64,000 nt of DNA from Dicyema japonicum. Lineage: Eukaryota > Animalia > Dicyemida. The stretch spans positions 1,244,676 through 1,308,675 of the forward strand of contig RDEW01000002.1 of assembly GCA_011109175.1 (NCBI GenBank), in the 5' to 3' direction. Shown piece by piece: positions 24,769 to 36,499 of the stretch. The notes under the pieces are model-generated. The model saw nothing but the letters and a program-made list of their open reading frames with translations, did no database searches and had not been told where the DNA came from. Positions within the stretch are counted from its first letter, which is position 1. Each line of letters begins with the position of its first letter. A program made the translations under genes and the position numbers.

Positions 24769-26014
24769 ATGCTAATTGGACTATTATTAATAATAGAATT
24801 ATGTTTAGGGGACATTTATTTTAGTGATAGATTTAGTAAAGGTTGAAGTATTTTATTATAAGATTCACTAACAAATTGGACTAAATCTAAAGCAAAGTCA
24901 AAGTACGGTCAAATAGAATACTATGGTGGTGATAAGACATGTAATTATACTAACACGGGAATGCAAACTACTGAGGATAACAAATTTTATGCAATTTCTG
25001 CAAACTTTGATCAGGATTTTAATACAACTGGAAAAGACTTGGTATTTCTGTACACAATGAGAGCACCTGAGAGACTGGGATGTACTGGGTCATACATGAA
25101 ATTGATGAGTCGATTAGAGAATGCAGAAAAGTTTGATGATTCAGTTGCCTCCTCTATCATATTTGGTAACAAAGTTTGGTTTAAGACAGGCCCGGATGTT
25201 TGCGGAACAGACGTTGAGATTAAATTAATGGTGGAGTATAATGGTAAACTTTACAAATTGAGGGAAAAGGTTCCGTATATGGTAAATGATTATTGATTCG
25301 ATTAAAGGTGGAAGATTTAGGAGAGGACACTCACCTTTTCACATTGATTTTGTTAAAAAATCACAGTTATGAAGTTCGTTTGGATAATAAATTCCTAAAA
25401 GGAGGAGATTTACTAACAGATCTTGATTTAAAGGAACCTAGGATGATACAGGTTGTGAATAAATTAAGTGCTAGGACAGTGATGCCACTAAACCAATCGA
25501 TTGGGATGACAGGGAAGAAATCCCTGATCCTAATGATGTGGAACCTGATGATTGGGTTAAGGATAAATTAATTAAAAACGAGAACGAAACAAAACCAAAT
25601 GATTGGGATGAAGAATTATTTGGTGAATGGGAGCCACGTGTTATAGTTAACCCTAAATATAAGGTGATTTGGAGTGTTTTATGTTATAGGGGGAATATAG
25701 ACGGACTAATATAGCAAATCCAAATTATATGGGAAAGTGGAGTCCACCAATGATATTAAACCCATATTTTACAATGAAAGAGAATGCATTTGAGTTTAAT
25801 CTGGGGAGTGTAGGTTTAGAAGTTTGGCAAGTATTTTTAAATTTATTAAAAGGTAAACTCAAAAACAATATTCTCAAGCATATTTGTGTCTGACTCAATT
25901 AATGAAGGGGATAATTTTGTAAAGAGCAGTTTTATGATGATTCCTAAGGTTATATTGGTAATAATATAGTCATGTGAACGACATGTAACACATAATATTG
26001 TTGAGGATTTATAA
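24769..26014 (+). CDS. CALR: Calreticulin-like ER chaperone (7 introns of 21-26 nt)
   Basis: Signal peptide, KFYAISA, GC.GSYMKL, FGPDVCG, DTHLFTLIL, KP.DWD P-domain repeats, GLEVWQV, C-terminal VEDL*. Confidence 0.92.
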
Positions 26015-26097
26015 TATTAACTAATCATTTGATTTTAATTTATTGACTTGTAATGCGAATAAATCTACCACATTTTGTAATCTTAATATATAATAAA

Positions 26098-27404
26098 TTA
26101 CTTTCTAATATGACTCACTGTATTCGGATCATTCACTACATCCACAAGATCACTGTATGAATTTAGTCTTTCATCAGTACACTCTTACTTTTCTCGAATA
26201 ATATTTATTTGCTTTCCCAATTCTTTTTGATTATTTCTATGAATTTCTATAAGTTCGGAAATGTCATAGGGTTCCAATGAAATTTTGAATTTAGTGGCAG
26301 CCACTCTCATTTTCATACAATTAATGAACAATTCCACGTAGGTCTCCACTTTGTCGTGGTGACTGCCAACCTGTTCTTCACTAAACGAAATATTCAAGTA
26401 TGAAATCAAAGATCCCATAAAACTAGAATTTAAGGCAAAAATACTTTAAACAAAATTGAGGTTTATATTTTTTGAGTGTTTTATGATACTTCCACCAAGT
26501 TTGAATGAAATAAGCTGCGGGTATTTTTCTATTCTCAGAATGTTGTTGTCTGTTTAAATTTCTAAACTTTAGAGTAATTCCAAAAGCAATGATTGCCTAT
26601 AAAATAATATAATTACTGCAGGGAGAGTAAAGAAGGAAATTCCAATAATTGAAGAAAATACAGCAATAATTTTACCCGAAATAGTATTAGGAACATAGTC
26701 GCCATAACCAATGGTTGTTAAAGTAATCTAAAGTAAACAGTAACCACAACAACACTCCACCACATACATTCAGCGTAATTGTTGAATAATTCACCTTCTT
26801 CAAAGAAACATATAGAAAACCCAACAAATAGAATTATCACAGTTCCAATATACATTGAACAAAATATTGGCTAAACTTAATATTAATTTACATAAAAATT
26901 ATGTTTTACGACTGAAATAATCAATTTTATAAACTGATTATGCTCATTCAGTCTGAAAATACGAATAATTTGAACTAATCTGATTACACCGAGACAAGTT
27001 TCCGTATTAGTGCTTATTGACAAATAAAATGTAGAAAAACTTAATACAATTATAATAAAATCTAAATCAAATCCAAATAATACGAATCAGAGAGTAGGGA
27101 TTTAACAGAAAATTAATTTTGCCACCAAATCCTCTATACTGTCCACGACATCCACAAACAAGTAATTTCAATATAAATTCAGTCAAAACCATTATAAATA
27201 TTATTACTTCCTAAAATACAACTGTAATCTACAATATTGACAATCCATATGAAAAACTTATCATTAAACACAAAACATAAAATCATTGATGATAATGACA
27301 ACACCAGTCTTTGTTTAATATAATAAATACGATATTAGTTTGTAGAATATTGAATGCTCACTATTCTCACTAAACAAAAAATTATATATTTTATTAGCCT
27401 TCAT
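26098..27404 (-). CDS. KCNQ: KCNQ/Kv7-family voltage-gated K+ channel (8 introns)
   Basis: IYNFL, S4 [11 protein letters not shown], pore [25 protein letters not shown] motif [10 protein letters not shown] and LEPYD; frame intact. Confidence 0.92.
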
Positions 27405-27639
27405 TTAATATATTAGTCCACATCACAATATATATATTAATTGATTTTTACAATCATAATTACTTGTTTGTCAACAATAATGCTTACTCAACATATCGAT
27501 AATTCAGATATTTGCAAAATCATACAAGAGTCACCATCATAACACGCAATTTCAACTCATCAAATACCTACTTGGTTGACTCTATCAAGGAAAATAAACA
27601 CTTTATAAAAACTTTTAACTTCCAGATTGGAGACGAGCC

Positions 27640-28570
27640 TAATTAATACGTGATAATCCTTGCCAATTAAGTTCAAACTCTGGCTTGCTGGAGTACCCCA
27701 GGGTTCACCGACTACTTTTCAACTTATTCTTGGTTGACATTTTGATACCGAGTGGAGAAAAGCCCTGAGAAATCCGTTATATCGGACGTGAAAAATGTCA
27801 AATAAGTTAACTGAAATTGAAGCGGATGTGAAAACATTGTAATTTGAGAAATGACAAAAAATCATAGGAGTGATCCATGATACACATATGTGTTTTTTGC
27901 GGCAAGTCAGAAACAAATGTGAGAAAAAATCAACCTGCTGAAAAGTCTAAAGGGGCCAAGGAAAATCGAGAACCATCACTTACTAAATAAGTTTTACCCT
28001 CAATATACTAAGCAACGCATTTCTTATGCATGTGCCTAATGACCATACATCTCTTGGAATAATTACACAAAAAAGGCTTTTATGGTGACAGAGAAGTTCT
28101 CTACGGACAAAAAACATGATGCCGACACCCTTGGAGATCCTAATCCGAAGGAATAACGAAGGAGGCTTGATCAAACGTGATAAGACCTAAACGAGTTTAT
28201 ATAGGATCATTTAAAAAAAAACTCTTGGAAGCAATGTTGGATACCTCACCATCATCTATGACCAGTTTGTTTAGCCAATATTAACCTACGTGAGTGAATC
28301 GTAGTCAATGACTATTTCCCGTTTTTCTATGCACATTTTGACCACAATTCTGGAAACTGCCAAAAGAGTCATCAGTGATATGGCCAATTATATGACCATT
28401 GAAGAACTACTCGAAAGATAACGAAAATTCGTGAGGGCGGCTAACCCTACCAAGCAAATCCATCATTAATACCCTTACCAAATACTTCAAAAACCACCCG
28501 AAATGCGATAAAACTCCAATCCGTTATTTAGGCGTTCGAGACAATGTCGACTAGGTTATGAGAAGTAATT
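27640..28570 (+). mobile_element. Decayed LINE RT remnant
   Basis: AGVPQGS motif and downstream thumb-like remnants. Confidence 0.5.
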
Positions 28571-28699
28571 CTTTTAAGATTAGGATTCGCTTCTTAGTTA
28601 GCCCACAGATAAATCAAAGTTGTTAGAGAAAGGGAGGATCATTCTGGAATGATTTATATGACAGCTTAATGGTTTCGATAGAGGAGTTTTGTGATTATT

Positions 28700-29142
28700 T
28701 TTATGTTATTTATTAACTCAAGGCTTACATCCTTTGGTGAGCCCAGTAATAACAGTCACAACTAATTAATCCAAGGAAGGAACCCAAAGGAGAACATCTG
28801 CTTGTACCGACCAAATCCATCCTCCAATAGTCCATTACAGGCTTCCGCTTCAGAAGAGAGGTGGAAAAGTAGGTTCGCCTCTTCCATCACACGTCTTACT
28901 GTCGCGGACATTATTCTTAGGCGGAAGAGTTTTCATAATGGTCATCTTTACCAGTGGATTTGACCAGGGAGATAGTAGGAAATTCCATTTCAACATGTGT
29001 GCCGTGCCAGAAGGACTCGTTACCCCATGAGTGGAATCTGGTTAACGAGAATTGACATTCGCTGAAAAGTAAACCTTTCTAATTCAACCCATGACTGTCA
29101 GCTCCGATGTCATCAGACATTGAATTCAGCCAAGAAGGCCAG
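28700..29142 (-). mobile_element. tRNA-derived SINE family 1, near full length
   Basis: Head matches 1-135; body matches 52850-52915; A/TAA-rich tail at ~28700. Confidence 0.65.
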
Positions 29143-29271
29143 TCCACTGGTCTAATCCTGGTTGTTTTTACAGTAGTTTGCATGAAACACACTTTAACCA
29201 CATCAAAGAACACATGATTTTGATTATAAATTATAAAATATTATTTTAATTAAAAGTTAATAAATTTGAAT

Positions 29272-29792
29272 ATGACCTTTAATGATGTTATTGAATTTGT
29301 TCAAAGCTCACAAAATAAACTTGTAGCCTATTTCTCTGGATTTTTGGTATCACATAATAATCACTAAGAACTTTGCTGGTTGGATGTTAATAATATCGGT
29401 TGCTGCTCTCTTTCCATCCCCGACCCAATTCCCTCATTATTACTATGTAATTCCCGTATTCTCAACAATATCATTTATTCTGTAATTAATGTGTTAACTC
29501 TGAGAATAAACATAGTCCCACATGAAGATTATATGAATGGAGGTCAAATATCTATTTTAATAGTCGGCTTTACAATTGGGATATCCAGTATTCTTGCATC
29601 GATTGTATTGGTGGACACTGCTCATTACAAAAATGGTTTATTTAGGATATATCATAGTATTCTCTCCTCTCTTCTGTAAATTCAGTATTTGTCTCCAACC
29701 TGTTTTATCACTAATAAGGTGAGTTTGTTACTCAACGTAGTGCTGTCATCTACAGGTTTCTTAGAACTTACGATTCTTTTAATTTTTTCTGA
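29272..29792 (+). CDS. TMEM50: TMEM50/Vps68 (UPF0220) membrane protein (4 tiny introns)
   Basis: NKLVAYFSGFL-NFAGWMLII...VFSTISFIL-INIV...AVIYRF matches the family pattern. Confidence 0.75.
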
Positions 29793-29889
29793 ATTTTCAA
29801 TAGTTATATTCATTTTTAAATATAATATTTTTAAAGGACATGGCTCAAAAATTTACAAATACTAATAGTAGCTATTAAAAAATGCTGCT

Positions 29890-30022
29890 ACTTTATGGCA
29901 TCTAGTTCTGGCTTCCACCTTATCTTTACGGACAATGTCTTCTGGATAACTGTGTTTGGATGAGAGTTCTACTGGAACGCATCAGGATCACAGGATTAGT
30001 TAGTTTGGTCTTTGGAATAATT
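29890..30022 (+). repeat. Short LINE 3'-end fragment (also at 22990-23060 and 55250-55385 minus)
   Basis: Shared ggaacgcatcaggatca...ttagtttg motif. Confidence 0.7.
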
Positions 30023-30360
30023 TCATTTCACGAATTAATTACTCTACTAATAGTTTCTCAACAAAATATATAAATTTTGATAATTATGTTTCTCCTCTCA
30101 ATTTCTCATGTACTGATTCAGAGTAATTTCACCATCATATCAAATTACCTTATCGTATTTATTTGAGGTCCTTTTTTAGTTTTTTCGTTTTGATAGTCAC
30201 CGAACTTCTTCATTTAAAGGAACGGGGATTAAATAAATATAATCTTACGAACAGGAGATTTCCTTGATCACTGCAGGCTATTTGAATGAATCTCCCTCAC
30301 ATCCTGAGAGGGAATAGTTACGCAGTCATGGCGGTTACTGCATGACCCTCCTCAGTTGAT

Positions 30361-30562
30361 AATAATAAAGCCTTTTCACGAGAGCCATAGTAATTATAGC
30401 TCCGCATAGGCAGGACACACACTTTATTTAAATAAAAAACTGTTAATTTTAACTAATCGTAGAACCAAGGAATGATCTTCACTTCTTTTTTGTGTGTGAG
30501 TGTCCTTTCTAGACAATCCAGTTCCGCAGTGAGATCCACTGATGACGGGGTCACTCGACATA
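30361..30562 (-). mobile_element. 5'-truncated SINE family 2 with 14-bp TSD
   Basis: TSD cctcctcagttgat at 30347-30360 and 30563-30576; body matches the 34232 and 58683 copies. Confidence 0.88.
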
Positions 30563-31014
30563 CCTCCTCAGTTGATGTTTCTTTTTAAAAATAAAAAAAA
30601 TCAGGGATTATGATAGAAATTTAAATGATTGTATAGTACAGCACTTATATGACAAGTTACAACAATAATTCTCAAAATTACGTTGGGAACCACAGTCAGA
30701 CATTTGGTTTATTTACTTGACTGAAAGGTCAGTGGTGCTATCATTCGAAAGATAATAACTGAATGTCTTTAAGTTAGAAAACTGATTAAAACAAACTATA
30801 TTGTGCAGTGCTCTACTATATCAAGAATACACTTTTTGTGCTGCTGTTGGGCCGGTACCGAGGGCTGTCCGAAAGGTAGGAATCATTAACAGGCAAATCC
30901 CAACTAAGCACTGTGCAAAATCGCAGTAAAAACTATAATATTTTGTGATCGTTAATTGGAAACTAATTTATTATAAATTAATAAAATAATAATAATAAAA
31001 TAATAAATTTAAAT

Positions 31015-31504
31015 ATGGAGTACACGGCCATATTGTCATTTGCTTCCTTCGTAACTTCACTATTTGTAGGAATATTATCATTACTAGAGGTAATATGATA
31101 ATAACAATACTAGGCTAGTAATTTTGAAGATTTACTACACAACTACAATAATTTATAGAACACTGTAATTTCACAAACAGACTAGTAATAATAGAATATA
31201 TGACACAACTTATTATGTCATTCTTGTGGATTTTCACAGGAATGCCAGTATTCATAATATTCAACTGTCTCCTCTCAGCCTATAACATCAAGGTAAGTTA
31301 TGTAATTACATAGATATATGAAACGACCAATGATGTCCTCTCATGGATTATACGACTATGTTACAGTCATGAACAATGATATCTGCAATTATGCTATTTA
31401 TGAAGGATATATTAAGTTGTCCATTTATGCTATTACTTCCATCATTTACCTGCTCATGTTTTATTATAATTTATTTTAGGTTCATCTTCCTTGTTGCTAA
31501 TTAA
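31015..31504 (+). CDS. CNIH: Cornichon family ER cargo receptor (3 tiny introns; two apparent small deletions)
   Basis: FEDLLHNYNN..EHCNFTNRLVIIEY and YMKRPMMSSHGLYD...MN...EGYIKL. Confidence 0.85.
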
Positions 31505-31679
31505 CTTTAATATTATTAAATATTAATTCTGTATTATCCACTTAGAACACCTGAGGAATTTACTTATTAGGTCAGACCAATTCAACGACAACATGTCTTA
31601 TTAAGTCGACAAATAACTTAATCATTCAGGCAGTTAATGCATCATTTACCCACGAAATATACTCTTAACTGCGCACTAC

Positions 31680-31970
31680 ACGTATTTGACAAATCGGAAG
31701 ATGCTCGAAACATGTATCCCAAAAAATCCTCTTTGTCAGTCTGTAAAACGGCAATTTAGTGAGTCATATCTTTTTCTTTTCGGTCGGAACTATATAGCTT
31801 CCTGTGTAGAAGAGGTAAACAAAGTGAAAGACAATGCACAGGTGGACGTCGCTGCCCGTTTGCTGCGGCGAACATACCGAAGTCGACTAACCATAAAAGA
31901 CGAAAACTGTAAGCTGATACCGAACACCGAAGAATAATTAGCATGGCTCTCGTGAAGTGCTTAAAAAAAA
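31680..31970 (+). mobile_element. Internally deleted RTE fragment with 3' tail
   Basis: EEVNKVKDNAQ..AARLLRR..IKDENC resembles the RTE linker; followed by the atggctctcgtgaagtgctt tail. Confidence 0.6.
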
Positions 31971-31974
31971 TGAA

Positions 31975-34030
31975 GTGTCTCCATGGCGTCAGTGATTTGA
32001 TATTTTCCCCTGTATACCATCTCTCAGTTAAGACCCTTTTCTGGGTTGCGGAGATTTTCTGAGTGTTCATATAAGAGGTCAGTGGTCCCCATGAAGTACA
32101 CGCATATGAAATGCATGATTCGATGTACTGTGAGTAGAGCGTTTTAAGTATAGGGTGATGTCCAATTTTCCATAGACCTGTTAGGCATCTCAGAAGGTTG
32201 ATTTTCTTCTCACACTTGTTCAGCACGTTAGTGACGTATTTCGAATAGTTTATGTGTTATCGAAAGTTAGACCCAATATTTTTTGCCATTTGCTGAAAGG
32301 AAATCCTCTTCCCTCAGCAGTAACTTTTATTGTCCTGTTCTACAATCTTCTGTCCGAGGTATAGAGAGTTGTAACAGATTTTCGGCGTTGATTGACATCC
32401 GATTTTCACTAAACCACTCGAGTAGTCGATCGAGGTGATATTGTATTTTTCCCGTCGCTGTTTGGATGATCTGTTCCCGTGAGACCAAGACGATATCGTC
32501 TACATAAGCCAGGACCAGGCCTTCATTTTCATTTGGCGTCGGATTGTCAGCCATAAATAAGTTGAATAAGAATGGTGATAGCGGCGAACCCTGGGATACT
32601 CCATTTGGGAATAAACGGTAGACAGAACAAATGTTTCCAATACACACTCTTCCTCTCCGTCCGCTAAGAAATTTAGTCAGTCAGTGTTTGAGGTTTTCAG
32701 AGATATTTGATTGGTAGATTTTCCATGTTAAACTTTTTTCTCGGCACAGAGGCGAAAGCTTTGTGGACGTCTAGTGAGCATAACACAGTTTTCTGATGTC
32801 TTGTCTTGTACAGAAATCCAGAACGAATAAAGTTAGTCTGGAAGCTGAGGAAGCTTGTTATGGACCTATCCTTTTTGAAACAATGCTGGAACGGTTTATC
32901 GGGAGTTCTTTTAGTGATTTTTGCGAGGATAAGCTTTTCCAGAATTTTTGACATGGAGCATAAAAGAGAAATGGGTCTTCTTTCAGTTTTCCTGGCTTCA
33001 ATACTAAGCAGATGTTTGCAAGTTTCCATATCGTTGGGATTGTACAGATTCCCTCATTGCCTAGGTTTTCAGGAGGATTATAGGAATTCCGTCTGGACCG
33101 TTAAATGTGTTACTTTTGTTTGGCTTAGGGATGCCATTAGCTTCTTTTCAATGAAATAAGTTAATTGATCCCTTTCGTTTTCTTAGCGGCGGTTTGGGTG
33201 GGTCAGTTTTCATATGGTTTTTGTGAGAGATTTTCGCGTAGTATTTTATAAAGGCGTTTAGATCCTTCTGGCTGAATTCGTCGTTTCTTCCAGACTTCGG
33301 ATGTTGGACGGGCCATCTTCCATTTTGTTCTTTGTATTTTGAATTCTTTGGCTTTTATTTCCTCGCTCAGCACTTTTAGACGGATCCTTGTCTCGGAGGA
33401 CGGATCAGTGCTTTTTTGAGACAGTTTTTTTCCTTGACCAGAGCCTTCTTTCCGTACTCACTCGTGTAAACGACATATCTTTTAGGGACATCCATAGATT
33501 TTGCCTCCAGAATGACCTTGTTAACGTAAGCAACCGCTATATCAAGTGAGGTAAAGTTTTCCAGCTGTATATTAGCCAAATGTTGGTCAGTAACTGATTT
33601 GAATAATTGCCAGTTTGCAAGATTGTATATACAGGTTTCTTCTTTCCACTGGTAATTTCGCTTTTAATTTTTAGCAGAATAGGGTTATGATCACTTCAAG
33701 TGATTAATTGTTTTTGAAATCTGTGGTGAACAGAGTGTGATATCTGAGAAGGTTGATTGTCAGAGTTTTTTTGAAGCGTTCTTGTGTTTTTTGATGGGTC
33801 ATTGAGTCAGATTGCCAGACTGCAACCACAGCAAATTTTCTCTTGTATCTGCAGACTGATTTAAGAGCCAGAGAGGGTGCTTGGAATTCAAATCGCCGCA
33901 TATCACGACTTCGCTCCAACTCTCCAGTGCTGATAAGTCCGGCATGGTATAATGTTTCGGACATGAGTTTGGAGGAGGTATATACATGTTTATAAAATAT
34001 AGTCTTCCTTTTGTTGTGCCAACAGATATT
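31975..34030 (-). mobile_element. Jockey/I-group LINE (APE+RT), degenerate
   Basis: GDLNSKH, RPISLL, LDVHKAF, QGSPLSP and YVDD motifs. Confidence 0.85.
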
Positions 34031-34231
34031 ATTTATATTTCCATCGAATTTAATATTTGTTCAATTATTTGATTTTTTCCAGCATTTAGTCGTAGTTGAC
34101 GACTCTAATTTTTTACAACATTTATATTGATCTTCAATGTTGCATCATAGTATTGCTGAACATCCCAATTGTCAGCCATACATAATTTACCACATAATCT
34201 ACTTCTCGGAAATTTAAACTTACTCATTATC

Positions 34232-34527
34232 AGGGACATGACGCAGTGCAACGAGTGCCGAGCAAGAGGTCTGATGGTCCCTGGTTCAATCCCGCTTTAC
34301 ATTTCGGTTGAAGGTTCCACGCATTTACGATACTTTAGCTTGACGAATGACGTCGTCACCAGAATCGTCTATAAATGACATACATCTAACAAAAAAGAAG
34401 TGAAGAGCATTCCTTGGCTATCCCTTTACGATTAGTTATAATAACTTTTTTTACTCAAATAAAGTGTGTGTCTTGCCTGAGCGGAGATAGAGCTAATATG
34501 GCTGTGCCTATAAGTGCAGTTTTATTA
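34232..34527 (+). mobile_element. tRNA-derived SINE family 2 (RTE-type tail)
   Basis: A-box TGACGCAGTG, B-box GGTTCAATCCC; homologous to 58683-58987. Confidence 0.75.
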
Positions 34528-34554
34528 TCAGGCATCACAATAGAGCAGACACTC

Positions 34555-36222
34555 GTTATTATTATTATTATTAAAGCACTTTCACGAAAGCCATAATGAT
34601 TATAGCCCCGCATGTGCAACACTCAAAGAAACAATATTTATAGTTAGTCTTTTCCATCTTCCTCTGTCGAATGCGAGTGATCTCAATTCGTCCAGGTCGT
34701 CTCCCGTCTTTAGATTTTTTCTCACACGATTTAAGTCTTTGTTTAGGGCTGTCGGAAGTGTCGATCTAGGTCGTCCGCGGAAGGGTTTTTCGCATCTGTC
34801 AAAGTAATCTTCCATCGCTTTGTTAGCGGGTGCGTCCGGGTTCATTCTTAGTACATGCCCAAATAGCCTCCACCGGGCATCTATCACATCCTTGCTGATG
34901 TAAGAACACATACACTTGTTGTAGATACCAGTGGTTGATATTCTACGTGGCCACTCCATTCCGAGTAAGCTTCTTAGTTGCCTTCTATGGAACGAATCCA
35001 GTTTCAATAGTTCGTTGAAGGAACTTCCCCATGTCCCAGCGTTATACAGTAGGATCGGTTTCACAAACGCGTTGTAAAGCCTGCATCTGATGTCAATTCC
35101 AAGTCCTTTGGCCCTTAGCCATCCTTTCTTCAGTTTAGCCATTGCCGCATTTGCCAGTGTTTTCCTCCTTAGTACATCTTCAGCGTCTCCTAGTAGAGAG
35201 CCGAGCTTATTAGTACGTCTCCATCTTTCTTGAGTAATATCGTCTTCTCTTTTGATTTCCGTAATTTCAGTTTTGTTAACATTTACGCTGAGAAACCATT
35301 TCTCAAGCTCCGCAGGTGCATTTTCTAGCAGGTGTTGGAGTGCGGTCACATCCCGTGATACAAAATCCACATATCATCAGCATAAGATGTCTCTTCTATG
35401 TCTCCTATATAGCATTTGCGGAGGTCGCGGAGTGCAGATTCAAGGTATATGGTGAATAGTAAAGGGGAGAGGGAATCACCCTGGGGTGTCCCAATCGTTG
35501 TTTTGAAACTGCGGGAAGTTGCTCCTTCTGTCCTCACAGATAGTCTTGTGTTCGCAAGTAGTAGTCTGATTATCCTAACCGACGATTCATCCAATATTTG
35601 CTCAAGCACATTCATCAGTTTCTGTCTGTTTATTGAGTCGAAAGCTCTGGAGAGATCTATTCCCAACACGGTTGTTGCGCTCTTGAATCTTTGGTGCGTT
35701 GCGCAGCGCCATCTGTGGCTCCATACAATGTCTGCCGTAGACCTCCCTTCTCGGAACCCACTTTGACTTGCTGGTAGGTATACATCCACCACACCCTTTA
35801 TCCGGCTTAGTGCAATGTTTGCCAGCACCTTGCGTATCGAATTCAGAAGTATTATCGGGCGGAGATTTTCTACTGGTCCTTTTGATTTGTTCTGTTTTTG
35901 TATGGGTATTAATAATCCATTTCCAAGTCCTAGATCGGTATTAGTTTCAAAGACGTCATTTAGGGTTTTTGCAATTGTGTCGCTAAGTTTTTTTGGCCCA
36001 TATTTTAGGAGCTCAGGGCTTATGTTGTCCGGCCCAGCACTCTTGTTGTTCTTCAGTTTATCGCTAATTCCACCTCTTCCACTGTGATTGGGATTTTTTG
36101 CGCCTTTGCTTCTCCTTGGAAAGGGGGAAAGTCATTATTTTCTTTATTCAACAGTGTTTCGAAGTGTCGTGCAATCAATTCTGCTTTTTCTTTCGGGTTA
36201 CCCACGAATTTTCCATCTTTGG
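34555..36222 (-). mobile_element. 5'-truncated RTE family A copy
   Basis: Near-identical to 6382-7965; TSD gacactc at 34548-34554 and 36223-36229. Confidence 0.92.
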
Positions 36223-36499
36223 GACACTCATTATATACTTTTATTTTTCCTAAACCAATCGTTGACTTTGGCAAAATACCACTTGTTTATGTTTTTTTAC
36301 AAATAACAAAATTTCGTTAAAATTGAAGGCAGAGGAATTCTCTTAAGCTCTCGATCAGATTCATTTTTCCTCCAGGAGATATTAGTCACTAAGAGGGTGG
36401 ATGTTATTTTCCTGAGATCCACTCTATGCCATAGAAAAGTGTCATCCATCCTTTATAAAAAATGAGTTTACACGAAGTCCCATACAGCACTATTAATCT

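Noticed and set aside
31292-31313. GT-AT intron in cornichon that would restore NIKRYM
   Set aside because: A normal 21-nt GT-AG intron plus a 2-nt consensus deletion is simpler, and the gene has another indel
34232-34300. Functional tRNA genes at the SINE heads
   Set aside because: Cloverleaves are imperfect and embedded in repeated bodies with LINE-type tails
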